64,000 nucleotides of DNA, taken from the NCBI GenBank assembly GCA_002245135.1, contig NGBS01000585.1, positions 62,001 through 126,000 of the forward strand. The letters run 5' to 3'. Made by a program: the position numbers and the translations under genes. Source of the DNA: Proteromonas lacertae. Lineage: Eukaryota. Under the pieces are notes generated by a model. It had not been told where the DNA came from and did not search any database. It saw nothing but the letters and a program-made list of their open reading frames with translations. This document shows, in pieces, positions 27,485 to 41,041 of this stretch; within the stretch, counting starts at the first letter, position 1; every line of letters begins with the position of its first letter.

Positions 27485-28167
27485 TTAGAAATGATTATTC
27501 ATATAGAATTTGTTTTTATAATTTGGATTATTATGGATCATGGAATACAACCATTTCATTCCATTTTTAATCCCATTTCCATTTAAATTATTTACACCTT
27601 CAATGTTATAGTGCCGATCTTTTATCTTACACAAATCCAATTCTTCACTTATCTCCTTTAAACTCATACTATTATCTTTATCTATCTTTGTTGCATATAT
27701 TAACAAATCAACTCCATTCAATTCGCTAATACTCAACAAATAATCTAATTCACTTTTGTTTTCTTGTAATTTTTCTTTATCACTTGAATCCAAAACAAAG
27801 ATTATACCCTGCACATTGCTATAATAATGTCTATAAAAACAACGAATCTATTAAACAATAAATATTTATGATATACTTCATTCTTAGGAGATAATGAGAA
27901 ACTGTGAAATAAATTTGAATCTTGTTCAATATTATCTACATAAAAGGATGATAAAGGATAGGTTCTTTCTATCTCTCCCAAATTGAGTTGTTTTAACAGT
28001 GTACTCTTCCCCGACCCTTCTAAACCAATCATTATTAATCTATTAACAGGACATACTGTATCTGGAGAACAGGGTGGAGATACTTTTTTTGGTGAAGGTG
28101 GATGTAACGGTGGGAGTATATGTAAATCTTTTCTTTTTGATGAACATTTTTTCAGCTCCTTAGCCAT
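27485..28167 (-). CDS. Divergent ARF-like small GTPase
   Basis: MIGLEGSGKST, GIIFVLDSSD, ATKID, GIKNGMKWL; one intron. Confidence 0.75.
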
Positions 28168-28323
28168 AGTGTCTATTTATCTGCACATTCACTGAATGTA
28201 AAGAGAATGAGAAATGTAATCTTTGCAGAAAAGTATAGTGACTTGTTTTAATGCGGAGTTAATAAATAGAACATATTTCAAACAAAATACTAATTAATAA
28301 ATAAATCATAAAACCATAAATAA

Positions 28324-29658
28324 CTAACATGAGAATGAATGCAATGAGTTATTCTCACATACAGTTTCATTATCTCCAATTCTAACATCCAATGTAGGTA
28401 ATTCATATATTCCATGATTATACACTTTAAATATAAATGGAATATCATAATTCACCTATAAAATATATCGAAACACAAATACAAAACTGTCTAATCTCTG
28501 TATATGAATAGTATTTAAACTAAAATAATATTTATCAGTATTATCATCTACAGATGCAGTAATATTAACGTCTAATAATGGACTATTAGTGTTATTCATA
28601 ACAGTAACACTTCCATTTGTTAATTGTTGAATATTTATGTTTGATGGTAAATTATAGTTGTAAATTATCTTTATAATATTGGATTTAGCAATATTCAATC
28701 TATTTATTATTATAATAATATACACTTTATTATAAATATGTTCATAATGAGATGATATATTTTTATAGATTATTGTAATGTATAATTGACTTATTGACTT
28801 GGATATTTCAATCTATAAAATAATAATAATAATTAAATAATAATATATAATATACTGGTAATGTGTATAGTTCATTTGGTGATATTACAACAGGCAATTT
28901 ACTTGAAACATTATACACTAATAAATCATTGCTTTGATTGTGTAATAATATCTTTTCTATTGATATACTGTTGTTCATTTGTTGAGGACAATCAAACTAT
29001 TATTATATATTATATAAATAATAATTATTATTACATACAGTTAATGATAAAATGAGAGAATGTTCTAAATTGATTATTTTTGTTTTTACTGATAATGGCT
29101 CAATTACAGTTAATTGTGTGTTTAGATTCAATGGATATATTATGGATTTTGATGAATAAAGTGTGTATAATATGTCAGCATTGATTGAAGTGATGGAATT
29201 GAGTTGATTTGGAATCATAGACACTGAAAACATAAGTGGAACAGATATGTATGGTGTAGGTACATGTATTTTGAGTTGAAATGTAAATATATAATCACAC
29301 TCTGGTAAAATTACTTTAGGGTTTAGATTTTTAAAATTTGTGTAAGAATAAGTATTAAACTGTATAACTCTTTCATATATTGAATTTTTCTTTTTCTCCA
29401 TATATTCACTATTGTTTTGTAAATATCTTAAAGATTATACGATAATGATAAATGTATGGAGCAGTCTTTAAAATATGTTAATATATTTGATTTCTTATAT
29501 TCAGTTAATGATTTATTGAATGTTAATGCTATAATACAAGTTACTTCCTCATCTAAGTAAACCTTATAGACAACAAAGATACCTTGTAAAAAAGATATTT
29601 TATCAGATTTAATATTCTCTTTGAAGAGTAATAAAGCAGAATAATCCTTGTTGTTCAT
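28324..29658 (-). CDS. Hypothetical multi-exon protein, beta-rich
   Basis: ORF pieces 29428-29658, 29003-29401 and 28456-28725 linked by short GT-AG introns; no family recognised. Confidence 0.45.
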
Positions 29659-29727
29659 TACAATATCTTAAATACAAAAATGTGTATTATCAAAAAAATA
29701 CAGTGTATTAAACAAAAAAACAAAACA

Positions 29728-30359
29728 TCATATTAATTTAATATTATTATAATATAAATGAATAAATGACTCATTATTGACATTCTATCGAATTAAATAA
29801 TAGAAAAAGAGAAAGTTATACATGATTTACAATTCCTAACTCTGGAATCAATTTTTGAAGATGATAATTCATAAAATACTTTGTTATTTGATATGAAGAA
29901 TTCCATGTAGTTAATAGTAAGGGAATTTGAGTTGCATTTGTGAATCTATAATAAAGAGTAATTAATACGTTTCACAAGAATTTGAATAACTAGATAATGA
30001 GCAAAATATACCTATTTTATAATTACTGAGAGATAAAGCACCAACAAAGTTACGTATTTAAACAATCAAGAAATACTACTAAAATCGTTTAGTACAATGA
30101 TATATGCTCTACTCCAATTGTTTTTTTATTTGTTTTACATTGAATTCCAACAGAATATGTTGCATTTGGTAGATTCCATTTACCCTATGTTCTAAAACAT
30201 TATAAAGACATACAATCAAATCAAAACCACCATCATAAGGTCCACCACATAATTTCACAAACAAAATTATGTTTTGTTAAGTTTTTCAAATACCTTAAAG
30301 TGTTATAAAAATGATTATACTTTCTTCTCAAATAATCTTCCAACCTGAACACTTGTCAT
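29728..30359 (-). CDS. Mrr-like PD-(D/E)xK nuclease, RRG7/DUF2034-like
   Basis: Hand splice: MTSVQVGRLFEKK..CGGPYDGGFDLIGKWNLP..VGIQCK..IGVEH|IRNFVGALS..IGIFCS..IPLLL; indels near 30255-30285; not in the ORF track. Confidence 0.65.
30058..30103 (-). other. Putative U12-type AT-AA intron (46 nt)
   Basis: 5' ATATCATT, branch-like TTCTTGAT, 3' TTTAA; removal gives GVEH|IRNFVG; both internal GT-AG options hit a stop. Confidence 0.55.
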
Positions 30360-30442
30360 GTATTGATTTTGAGAAAATCAAGGTGTGTGAAAAAAGTTTG
30401 AATCACCAGTTTTAGATTACGTTTAAGCATTCTTTTTTATTG

Positions 30443-32453
30443 ATGAAACAGCTAAACAGGATATTCATTGTTGCAATAGTATGCTTTGCAATTGTATCTT
30501 CTGAATGCTACAATAAATGTAGTGGTCACGGAACATGTGACACTTCAAATCGTTGTATATGTCATAGACAGTTGGGGTTGGGTTTAAATGAAGCAGATTT
30601 TGAAGCTCCAATGTATACAGGAGCAGATTGTTCAGAACGTATAGTGATTAGTTATTTTATGTAATTTAGGTATGTGTCCAACAGGAGTAGCATTTGCGCC
30701 AGTTGTAGATGATGAAGAATATTTTGAAGTAGTTAATCTAGTCAAAATCTTCTAAGCCAAGAGAATTATTTGAAATGGCTGGAACTGAAGGTGAAGATGA
30801 AGGTGGTGAAAATACTGGAACAGATAAAGGAGATGAGCCAAAACCTACAACTCCAGGACCTACACCATCTGTTGATGAAATTTTTCAAAAGATTTTGATA
30901 ATCAAACTGCAATTGTAGATAAGCCTATTGAAGTATTTAAACCAGTAACTAGTAATACTCCATCATTAGGAGGAGCAATGAAATGTAAATGGTGAATGGT
31001 GAGAGAAATATATATCAATTGTAACACAAGTAGATAATCAAATAGTTGCTGATATTGAATTTAATAAACTAGGAGAATTGTAAAGTAACATATGTTAGAA
31101 AAGATTTATCATTATCTGGAGTATTATCTTTTGATAAGAAGTGGCAAAACTGCAACTTGGGAAAATGGTGAAGAGATGAGATTATATGGTTTTCAATATA
31201 ATACAACATATGATGTAAATGTTGCTTGTGTATTTGATGAAACAACAGGAGTGATTCAAGAATTATCTAATAAAGTGACATTATTGAATGTTGAAGATAG
31301 TGAAATGTAGTAATTTACCTATCATAAAGCCAAGAAGGAGAAATATCCAGCATTCTGTTATTTATTAACTGTTGGTGTTGATAGTAATAGTAAAGTACAG
31401 AATATTGATTTATTAAGTTCAGAATTAGCTGAAATGGTTGGAAAGAGTAGTGATGGATTAGTATTTGGACAAAATATAGAGAATGGAGCTGTTGTTGTAA
31501 TGAATGGAGATGATGTATTTCCAGATAAGAATAGAATGTTAGCAGAAGGTGATCCTAAAGAAGGTCCATATGCATATGTTCTTAGACTTGATAAAGAATA
31601 CAATCCAGCAAAACCAACTGATGCACCAACAACAACACCAGAAGAAAATACAACACCATCAGCATCAGCATCAGCATCACCGTCCCGTATTTTATCTGCT
31701 GATCCAACTGCTGTTGCTGGTACAGATTTTTCTGCTTATAAGAAGTATTTACAAGTTGGTAATAAAGTGTTTATAAGAGTTTTAGTTGGAGGAAAGACAT
31801 TTGCTACTCCACAAACATTACACATAGTTCAAGAAACTCAAACATGTGAAGCTTATTGTAAAGATAATAATGATAAATGTGGTATTAATACACCTACTAC
31901 CAAAGGTTGTTATGTAATATTTTTAAGTGAAAAAATTATAAAAGACAAAGATGCAGAACTTGGAGAAGGTGATAGAATTTACTTCACATTAACAGCAGTT
32001 GGTATTCATCCAACTTATGAATGTAGTGGTGTTGGTAAATGTAATAGACAGACTGGTCAATGTGAATGTTTAGCTGGATATACTGGTGATGCATGCCAAA
32101 TATTAACTTGTCCAAATGATTGTAGTAATCATGGAAGATGTGTCAAATCATCTCAAGCAATAATAGACGGTTCTACTGCATTTGCTGCAAGTGTTCCTAC
32201 TATGTTTGGATATCAGAAAGAAGCAAAACAGAAGTTGTATGGATGTATATGTGATAAAGGATATAGAGGTCCAGATTGTTCATTATTAGAATGTCCATCT
32301 GCTGAAGATCCAAGTGGTGGATCTAATAAAGAAGAAACTGGTGAGTTTAGAGATTGTAGTGGAAGAGGTATTTGTGATTATACAACTGGTAATTGTCAAT
32401 GCTTTGATGGTTTTGTTGGTACAGCTTGTGAAACTATTTTTTCAAGCATGTAA
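30443..32453 (+). CDS. Secreted Cys/EGF-rich protein of tubular mastigoneme (Sig1/Ocm) type
   Basis: Signal peptide; CYNKCSGHGTC..YTGADCSER|MCP.G.AF; C-terminal ECSGVGKC, CPNDCSNHGRC, GPDCSLLECPSAEDP, RDCSGRGICDY; several indels at 30730-31350. Confidence 0.75.
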
Positions 32454-32593
32454 AAAAGCATTATTAATACTAAATTTATTATATATTATTATTTCTCTCT
32501 TTAATCACATATTTTGTTTTTTGTGTAAATTAACCCAAAAATAAAATGAACATATCCAATTCAGAATGTTTGTTATTAATATAAAACATTTAT

Positions 32594-33579
32594 TTATGCT
32601 TTAGCAAGAATTTCCTTCTTAATGGCATTTTCTCTCTTTCTTAATTTGTTTTGTGTTTTGAAACCTAATACACCTCCACCCCATTTTCTTAAGCTAGCAG
32701 CTTCGTTGTACATGGTGTGATAACTTGAAGTGAGATTAGCTAATTTGCTTTCATCTTCTTTGTTTACAGCTGTTAAAGCAACACAAGTTGTGTGTTTTAA
32801 GTGTACTAATTGACCAAGACGAGCTTGACTTCCAATAATACAATAGGGAACTTCCATCTTACGACATAAAGCTGGTAACCATACAATTAACTATAAAAAT
32901 ATTAGCGAATACTGAAAGAATTAGGTAAGAACCCTCATTTATATATTTACAGAAATAGTACGAGCAAGATTTAGAATATAATAATAATAAATTGAAAAAA
33001 AAGAAAAATGAATGAGTAAAATAACAAGTTCATACTATATATCCCACAACTCACCTCAATAGGATCAACGTCGTGAGCGATTACGACTAATTTGGCTTTC
33101 TTGCTTTCAATAGCATGAGTAACTTCATTCATTCCGAAAGTTAAGGTGTTTGGACGAGCTGGTGGATTGTAAGTCTTTTTTTCAGCTTTGGCTTTAGCTT
33201 GTTCTGTTAAACGAGCTTTTTTAGCAGCATCTGTTTCTGGTTGGTAGTGTTCTAATAATTTCATCAATTCAGCAGCTATAAATAATTATTAAAAACCAAT
33301 AAATAATACTTTGATTTTTGTTTAAGGTGTTTGAGAGTTGATTAATTGCTGGTGGAACTTTTAATCTCATAGATAAGATTTTCTTTTCACGTTGTAAACG
33401 GACGTATTTTGGCCATCTTACAAAACGGGTGACATCTTTCTTGTGCTAAAAAAACATTAAATATTGAATTAAAATATATTCATACACGAATATCACCACC
33501 AATTCTGAAGCTCTTTGGTTTTGGTTGGTATAAATGGTTTGTAGTACTCTATATAATGATAAAATAATATAAATACCAT
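32594..33579 (-). CDS. RPL7A: 60S ribosomal protein L7a (eL8)
   Basis: ATG alone in exon 1; [69 protein letters not shown]; four introns. Confidence 0.96.
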
Positions 33580-33862
33580 TTTCTGAATTGGAAGGGGTAA
33601 TTATTTAATTTACTAAATTTCATATAAAATTCCTATTTAAAAGGATTTTTATTTATACCCCCTTATAAATCAAACAAATATCAAGCTTTTGGATTTTTTA
33701 AAATTCTATTTTCTCGATGAATAATAGAAATACAGGACAAAATCAAAACAAAATAATATATTTTAATCTTGCTAAAGACATTGAATCACAATATATTGTA
33801 TTACAAATACATTTTTATTATAGATTTATACTCAATCATTAACAAACTTTTTAGAAGCTTCA

Positions 33863-34144
33863 ATGAACAATGCACCGTATAATAGAAATATTAATTTATG
33901 ATTAATGTTAGTCAAACACAAGAAAGTAGAAACATATTGCTTGAACAATTTAAACAATTACATCAAAATATTACAGAAATGGAATTAAAATTAGTAATAT
34001 AATTCTATTTATTGAAATAGCAAGATTTAAGATTATCGATAATTAACGAACAATATCCACCAGATCATGGCTCTGCTGCTGTATAATGCATTAATAACAA
34101 AGAATTAGTTAGATAGAGATATATATTTTTTTATTTATGTTTGA
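33863..34144 (+). CDS. Small hypothetical multi-exon protein, 3' end uncertain
   Basis: MNNAP|QTQESRNILLEQFKQLHQNITEMELKL|QDLRLSIINEQYPPDHGSAA|LDRD through three ~30-nt GT-AG introns; divergent from RPL7A. Confidence 0.4.
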
Positions 34145-34356
34145 TTATTTGTTGATTTTCATTTTAGACATTAAATTATCAATCCTTAAGTTATCATTAA
34201 ACTGTTATAACGATTATTATAATGATAATATGCCAGATATCTCTTTTAATCATTCACACAACACACAGAAGTTTGTGTTTCGTTATTCTAACCTCTTACA
34301 ATAGTTATTCCTACTCTTGCATTTTTATTGTTTTAGATAAATATAATCCCCTTTTA

Positions 34357-36646
34357 ATGCTTCATTATAAAGAAAATAGGATCAGAAGTGCTGAAAGACA
34401 GCATATTCGTTCTTTGATCTACATTACAATAGCATTGATAGTTGGTATAGTCTTATGCTTATATCCTATATAGCTGTAACATATTTATTTAAAGCACCAG
34501 ATGTAAATCAACGATTGTTACTTGAACAGGATGGAAACGATACAAAATCATGTGGACAAAGATTACAAGTATAAGACACACGTATTATGTTAATATTTCA
34601 ATAGGAAAAATACAACTGTACTGAAAATCGATGTGAAGAGAAAGCTTCAATGTTCAACTACCTTTATTTCTATCAATGTGGCATTTTTAAACACAATCTA
34701 CCATTCTCATTCTGTTTACTATTATTGCTAACTGTAATTGTGTTAAGATTACTAAGTAGCACAGCTGATGAATTCTTCTGTATCTGTCTAGAGACTTTAG
34801 TAGTTAAATACAAAATATCACCCAATACAGCAGGTGTAACCTTCTTATCATTTGGTAATGGTTCAACTGATGTATTTGCATTAATAGTTGCATTTCTAAG
34901 AGGATCTTATGAGATGGGAGTTGGCGGAAATATAGGTGCGTCATTATTCATCACTACAATTGTCGTATCATTGGTATTATTAACAGGAGGAACAATTCAT
35001 TTGAATATTAAACCATTTTTAAGAGATATATTATTTTTATTAATATCTGTTATTTATTTAATGATTATATTTATTGATGGAAAGATAAGAATATGGGAAA
35101 GTATAATAATGTTATCAATATATGTAATATTTGTTATATTGGTGATAACATTAGGAGATATGAATTTTAAAAAGAATAAAGAAAAAGAATCTTTATTAGA
35201 AAAGCAATCATCATCAATCAAAGAATCATTATTAGAGAATGGTAAATCAACCTCAGAAACAGATAATATAAATAATAATAGTTCAACTCAAGGAAATGAA
35301 CAGGAAAAATTAGATAGGAAATCATCATCTATCGATTTATCAGATATTGATGATAATATGGAGAATTTGATTGATGCTTTAGAACATTCTGTTAGTACAG
35401 ATAGTGAACATCATGATTGTATTAATATATTTAAATATATATATATTATTATTAATAATAATTTATTATTGAATAGATTTACCACCTGATTCTGGTACTG
35501 CCATCTCTAGTTTCGTATTAGCAAAAAGAATTTCAAGAGATAGATCAATATCTGATACAATCGCAGCAAGATCCACTTTAATCGATCAACAAAGACAACA
35601 AATCGAAAGAAGAAGAATCATGACAGTTATGTCTAATAATAATAATGGAATCAATCCATTATCAAGAGAATTATACACAATTCCAGAGAAAACTGTATGG
35701 AGGCATGTTTTTACAACAGAAGAAGGTAGACCAAGAAACTCATCACTAACATCAGCAACAATATTAAATCCAATCAACGAACCTCGTGATTTTAGAGATT
35801 TATTAGCAGAAGATGTTATTACAATGTATACTTCAGGTTTTTGGATTTTATTCAAAGTAATAGAATTTCCATTCTTATTATTAAGACAAATTACTATTCC
35901 ACTAATTGAAGAAGATATTTATACTAAAGATACTACCTTAATGTGTTGTGTATTTATGCCTTTATTCATGGGATGGGTTATTCATGGTGTTGAACTATGG
36001 TATTTATTATTCATCTATTTAGGTGTTGGTATAATATTAGCAATTGGATTATATAAACATTTACCAAGAGAAGAACCGCCTGAGAATATGATAGTTTGTA
36101 CAATAATGATTTGTATGGCATTTGTATCATCAGTATTATGGATTTACTTATTAGCAAATGAATTAGTGAATTTACTTCAAACTATGGGAATGATTCTAGA
36201 ATTAGGTGATACAATAATGGGTTTAACTGTAATGGCTTTAGGAAATAGTATTGGTGACTTTGTAGCGGATGTAGCTGTAGCTAAACAAGGATATCCTTCA
36301 ATGGCAATTGCTGGTACTTTCTGTAGTCCCTTATTTCAATTGATTTTTGGATTAGGTGCAGGATTTTTGATCCAAACTGTGAGAAATGGAACTGTTGATT
36401 TAGTATCCAATATGACTGATGTTTCATTGACACAACTGTTTATGACATTCTTTTTCCTTATTGGTGGACTTTTGACATCTTTAATAGTATGATTATTGTA
36501 TATTTTATTTTAATTAGAGTGCTATTATATTTAAAGCTACTTTACCTAAATATCATGGAGCAGTGTTGTTGGTTCTTTACATTGTTTATGTACTGTTCAT
36601 TGTCTTCCTAGCTACTGACATATTCACTTTTAAAATCAGATTTTAA
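34357..36646 (+). CDS. Cation/Ca2+ exchanger, NCLX/CCX family
   Basis: alpha1 repeat AGVTFLSFGNGSTDVF, alpha2 repeat GLTVMALGNSIGDFVAD; STADEFFC. Confidence 0.88.
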
Positions 36647-36932
36647 GGATAATAATCGAAATCTTTTTCTTTAAATGTATTTTTTAAATTGAAATCTTGT
36701 AAAATAAACACATTTTTATGACTTCTGAAAGATTTAATAGATTTACAGAAAAAGCTTGAAATGGTATTCAAAATAAATAATTTGCCATGTATATTTTAAA
36801 TGTGTTATTATAAAGTAGGAAATACTGTTACAACAAGTGTGTGTAAAGGGTGTTTAGAATTTTCGATTTTGTTGAATAAAACGAATATATTTCTGTTAAT
36901 TCCCAAATTTTAGAAATTTTCATTTTCTCATA

Positions 36933-39381
36933 ATGGCTTTAAGAAGAACTACAAAACTGATCAGACCATTGGCTGCATGTAGGCCAAACCCAATTGCACC
37001 TCCAGTCAGAACATTATGCACCAAGACTGACAATGTGAGTAATTCAGCCATTAACAGCAACCAAAACATAAATTTCGCTTCATATCAATCTTTAGCCACA
37101 GAAGAACTAAGTGCACCTTTTCAAGTATGTAACACACAAAACAAGAATGTAAATTATGATGGAGTTTCGCAATTCTCTTCATATTACACTATGTTCAACT
37201 ATGATTTTAACCTATTCTCATGCTTTAATCAATTAAACCATATTAGCATATATGAAACAATATTTAGAGAAATCCAACAGCGTTTCAGAGAAGGAAAGTA
37301 TGAAGAATGTCTTAAAATTTACCATGACAATAAAGAAACATTAAACAAACCAGAATATGAAATACCAGTGATTTTATATCATTATCTCCTTGAAAGCTGT
37401 TTAAGAGTAAAAAACAACAATGAAACAGGTCCAATAATCTCTGAAGTCATGATTGATGTAATGAAAAGCAATTATCGAGAAGATCCAACAATTGTGTACT
37501 TAATCTTGTCAATTTACAAAAGTCAATCAAGATATATATTCATCATTGACTATTACACAAACAATATCGAATTATTTACAGATAAATTCCTCCATTATGT
37601 GGATATCTGTATAATCTTACAAGAATCATTCTTATCTACAAAGAGTATAGAGCTATTAGCTCAGTTGTACACTATTATGTCTATTAGTGATGTAAAAGAA
37701 GTAAATGAATATTATATCCAGTTATTATGTGAAAACAACGAATCAATTGACATAATCAACAGTGAATATGAACAACATAAAGCAATCATCAGTACAGTTG
37801 AAACATATGAAATATTATTAGATTATTATATGAACAAACAGCAAGAATATAGTTATGTATTTATTTTATATAATAATATGATATATAATAACATATTACC
37901 ATCTTATAAAATATATACATATCTATATGAATGTTCAGCAAAGTTGAATTATTATGAATCTAATACACTTGTGAATATATATAATGATATATTAAAAGAT
38001 GAATATTTACCTGTAGAATTATATATGGTGATAATCGATTATTTTAAGAATATCAAAAATTATAATGAGATATTCAATATATATGATAAATTATTATTGT
38101 TTAATAATAATAATGAATATCTAGTATCGTATGTAATGTATATCTTATTATCAATCTCGAAACAATTCAAATATTATGAGAGATGTTTAAAATCTTATCA
38201 AAGTTATATATCAAATAATAACATCATCAATGGCAATATAATCACAGCATTTACTAATTACTGTAAATATTCCAACAATTGTGACAAATTATTATTATTA
38301 TACAACAAAATTAATGATAATAATAACGACAATACTTTGAATATTTTATATGATAATAAATTCTATTATGCTATGATCCACTTAGCATTAGATTATAAAG
38401 ATTATAAGCAGATTGAAGTGTATATTAATGATTTAAAGGAGAAGAATATAACAATGTCAAGTGAATTATATTCTGTATTATTCAACTACGTCAAAGTAAC
38501 GAATGACAATGAAAAATTCAAGTTCATTAATTGAAGAAATTGATAAAAACTCAAGTGTATATCTGATCAATACAGTGGTTTATACATCCTTATTAGATTG
38601 TTGTAGAATGTTTCAGTTATATGATTTAGGAATGAAATATTATCATCAGTATTTATGCAATATAAATGAAAGTAAAGAACATACACCAAATAAAGCACTT
38701 TATATTACAATGATGTCTATATTCAAAGCAATGAATTTATGGGAAGAAGCCTTATTTTTATTTAATAAAATGAAAGAATTAGAAGGTGCCAATAATACAA
38801 TCTACAGTTCAATGATAGCATTTTGTAAAGAAAGTGGAAATGCAAATTATGCGAAAGAATTATATATTGAATTATTAAATAATAATATCCAACCGTCATC
38901 TTCATTATGTTCCTCATTATTAAATACTTATAAAGAATGTAAAATGTATAAAGATGCTGAAGAGTTATATAATGATATAATAAATATAAAACATATAAAA
39001 GGAAGTTCAACATTTCATGCAACAATGATCTCGATATATGGTGAAGAAAATAAGATAGAAAGTGCTTGGAATTTATATAATAGTTTAGTAGAAAAACATA
39101 TCGATATTGGCAATAGTATCTACTGTTCTTTACTTCATATATGTGAAATAAGAAAAGATTATGATAATGCGAATGATTTGTATAAGACTATAATAAATAA
39201 TAGTCAAAAGAACAGCAAATTTGAGCCAAATACTCATGTTTATAGTAGTTTTATGAGTGTATGTTTAATAACTAATCATATTAGTAGAATATATGAACTT
39301 ATAGAAGATATGAAAGTGTATAAAGTTGAAAGTGATAATTATGTAAATGACATTTTGGGTAAATGTAAAATAACATTTTAA
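36933..39381 (+). CDS. Mitochondrion-targeted pentatricopeptide-repeat protein
   Basis: Presequence MALRRTTKLIRPL; ~35-aa repeats (VYTSLLDCC, IYSSMIAFC, PNTHVYSSFMSVC); the frameshift at 38525 is absent from the duplicate copy. Confidence 0.8.
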
Positions 39382-41041
39382 TGAAGATTATTTAATATAT
39401 TGACAATTTTCATTATTTTTTTAATTGTAATTAGAAAGATAAAAAAAAGTAATAAAGTTTGAGGGCTTGACTGTTTATGCAAAATAGATTTTAATATTTA
39501 CAGTTGAATATGTTTATAAGAAGGATAATATTAAAGACAAGTCGTAGTGTAACACGATCAGTTGGAGCTAAAACACCATTTTATAAAGAAAAGTTTGCAT
39601 CTGGTGTTGTTAGTCCCCTGTTTTCTTATCAGAGATGGTTATGTAATGAAAGCAAAGAAAGAAGTATAAAATACAACATATATTTAAAATATAAATAGTA
39701 AGTGATTTTGAGAAAGCTAATCAAAATCTAGCTAAGTGTAATAAGAGCGAGACAATTGAAAATTCCAAAGTCTTAGAAGATGCACATAAAAGTGTAATGA
39801 ATAATTTCGAAGGAATGTTAACTAAAATTCTAACCTCTCATGATCATGAAATATTAATTGTATATCATATAATGAAAAATGTGTTTTAATAGAAAATACT
39901 TGTAAATTATTCATTGGAAAATATACAAGATGCTGATGATCGTACAAAAATGGTATTAAATCTTGTATTGGGAAAGGAATATACTCATCTTGTATAATGT
40001 GATAATTATGTAAGAATAGAGGAAGTATAAAGAAGCAATACAGTCATTAAAAGAAGCATCAAAATACTCATCTATTGAAAAAATCGATATATTCATGCAA
40101 ATTGCATTATTATCTATTATGGAGGTATTTAACTATAAATGATATATAATTGATAATAATAAATAGGGAGAGCATGAAGAAGGATTAAAATACATAAAAG
40201 AATCCTTCAAATCCTTGAAAGAATACTTAGAAAGTTTATCACTTGACAACAATGAAAAATGTGTTCTTCTAAATTTATTTGGTGATTTATTATATAACGT
40301 AGTATATAATATAGCATGAGAATATAATATGTAATATATCTGAATAGAAGCTATATGATGAAGCTGTAGAAGTATTTAAAGAAATGTTAAAGCTTATACC
40401 AAAGAATGACACAAAATTAAAGTATTCAACCTTACAACAACTAGGAAAAGCGTATTTAGAACTTGTATAATATTATATAAAGTTTCTAAATAAACAATTG
40501 AATAGGGTCAATACAAAGATGGAATTGAAATATTCAAAGAGTGTGAAGAAATTGAAAAGAATAGTAATGACAAATAAAGGTACTATATAATAAATACTAT
40601 ACAAACATTATTGATGTTTACTTATGGAATGAGTTATATTCATAATCGTTTATTGTTTATTGATATAATTTTATTAATAAAATATAATAACACAATAATA
40701 ATGAATATTAAATATAATAATAATATTTTCACACAGAACTTATAAAAATCATATAATTCCATTTGCAAGACAGTATAATGTATTTGATTCATCTTTCACA
40801 CAAATTAGTTTCAATTGTTTTCCAATCAGTTTTTTCATATTCTCAATATAAATATCAGGATCAACACAATTACTTGGTATATATTTCTTTATTAGCGAAA
40901 ACATTTTCTTTGGTTCAATTGATACTTTTACTGAGTTATTGATTGATATATTTATTTCCAAAATACACTTCATAATTGAAACAGGTGATGTCTATTTATA
41001 AAATAAAATTCACAATATCAAATATATATACATATTCATTA
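38469..41041 (+). repeat. Direct segmental duplication, copy 1 (2573 bp)
   Basis: Near-identical to 43989-46559. Confidence 0.97.
39510..40577 (+). CDS. TPR-repeat protein with probable mitochondrial presequence, copy 1
   Basis: MFIRRIILKTSRSVTRS..; TPR-like LVLGKEYTHL..YKEAIQSL and LGKAYLEL..YKDGIEIF; multi-exon. Confidence 0.65.

Noticed and set aside
33863..34144. Mediator subunit Med10 identity for the small ORF
   Set aside because: The N-terminal helix pattern is vaguely similar, but the conserved IDxGxNP region is not found
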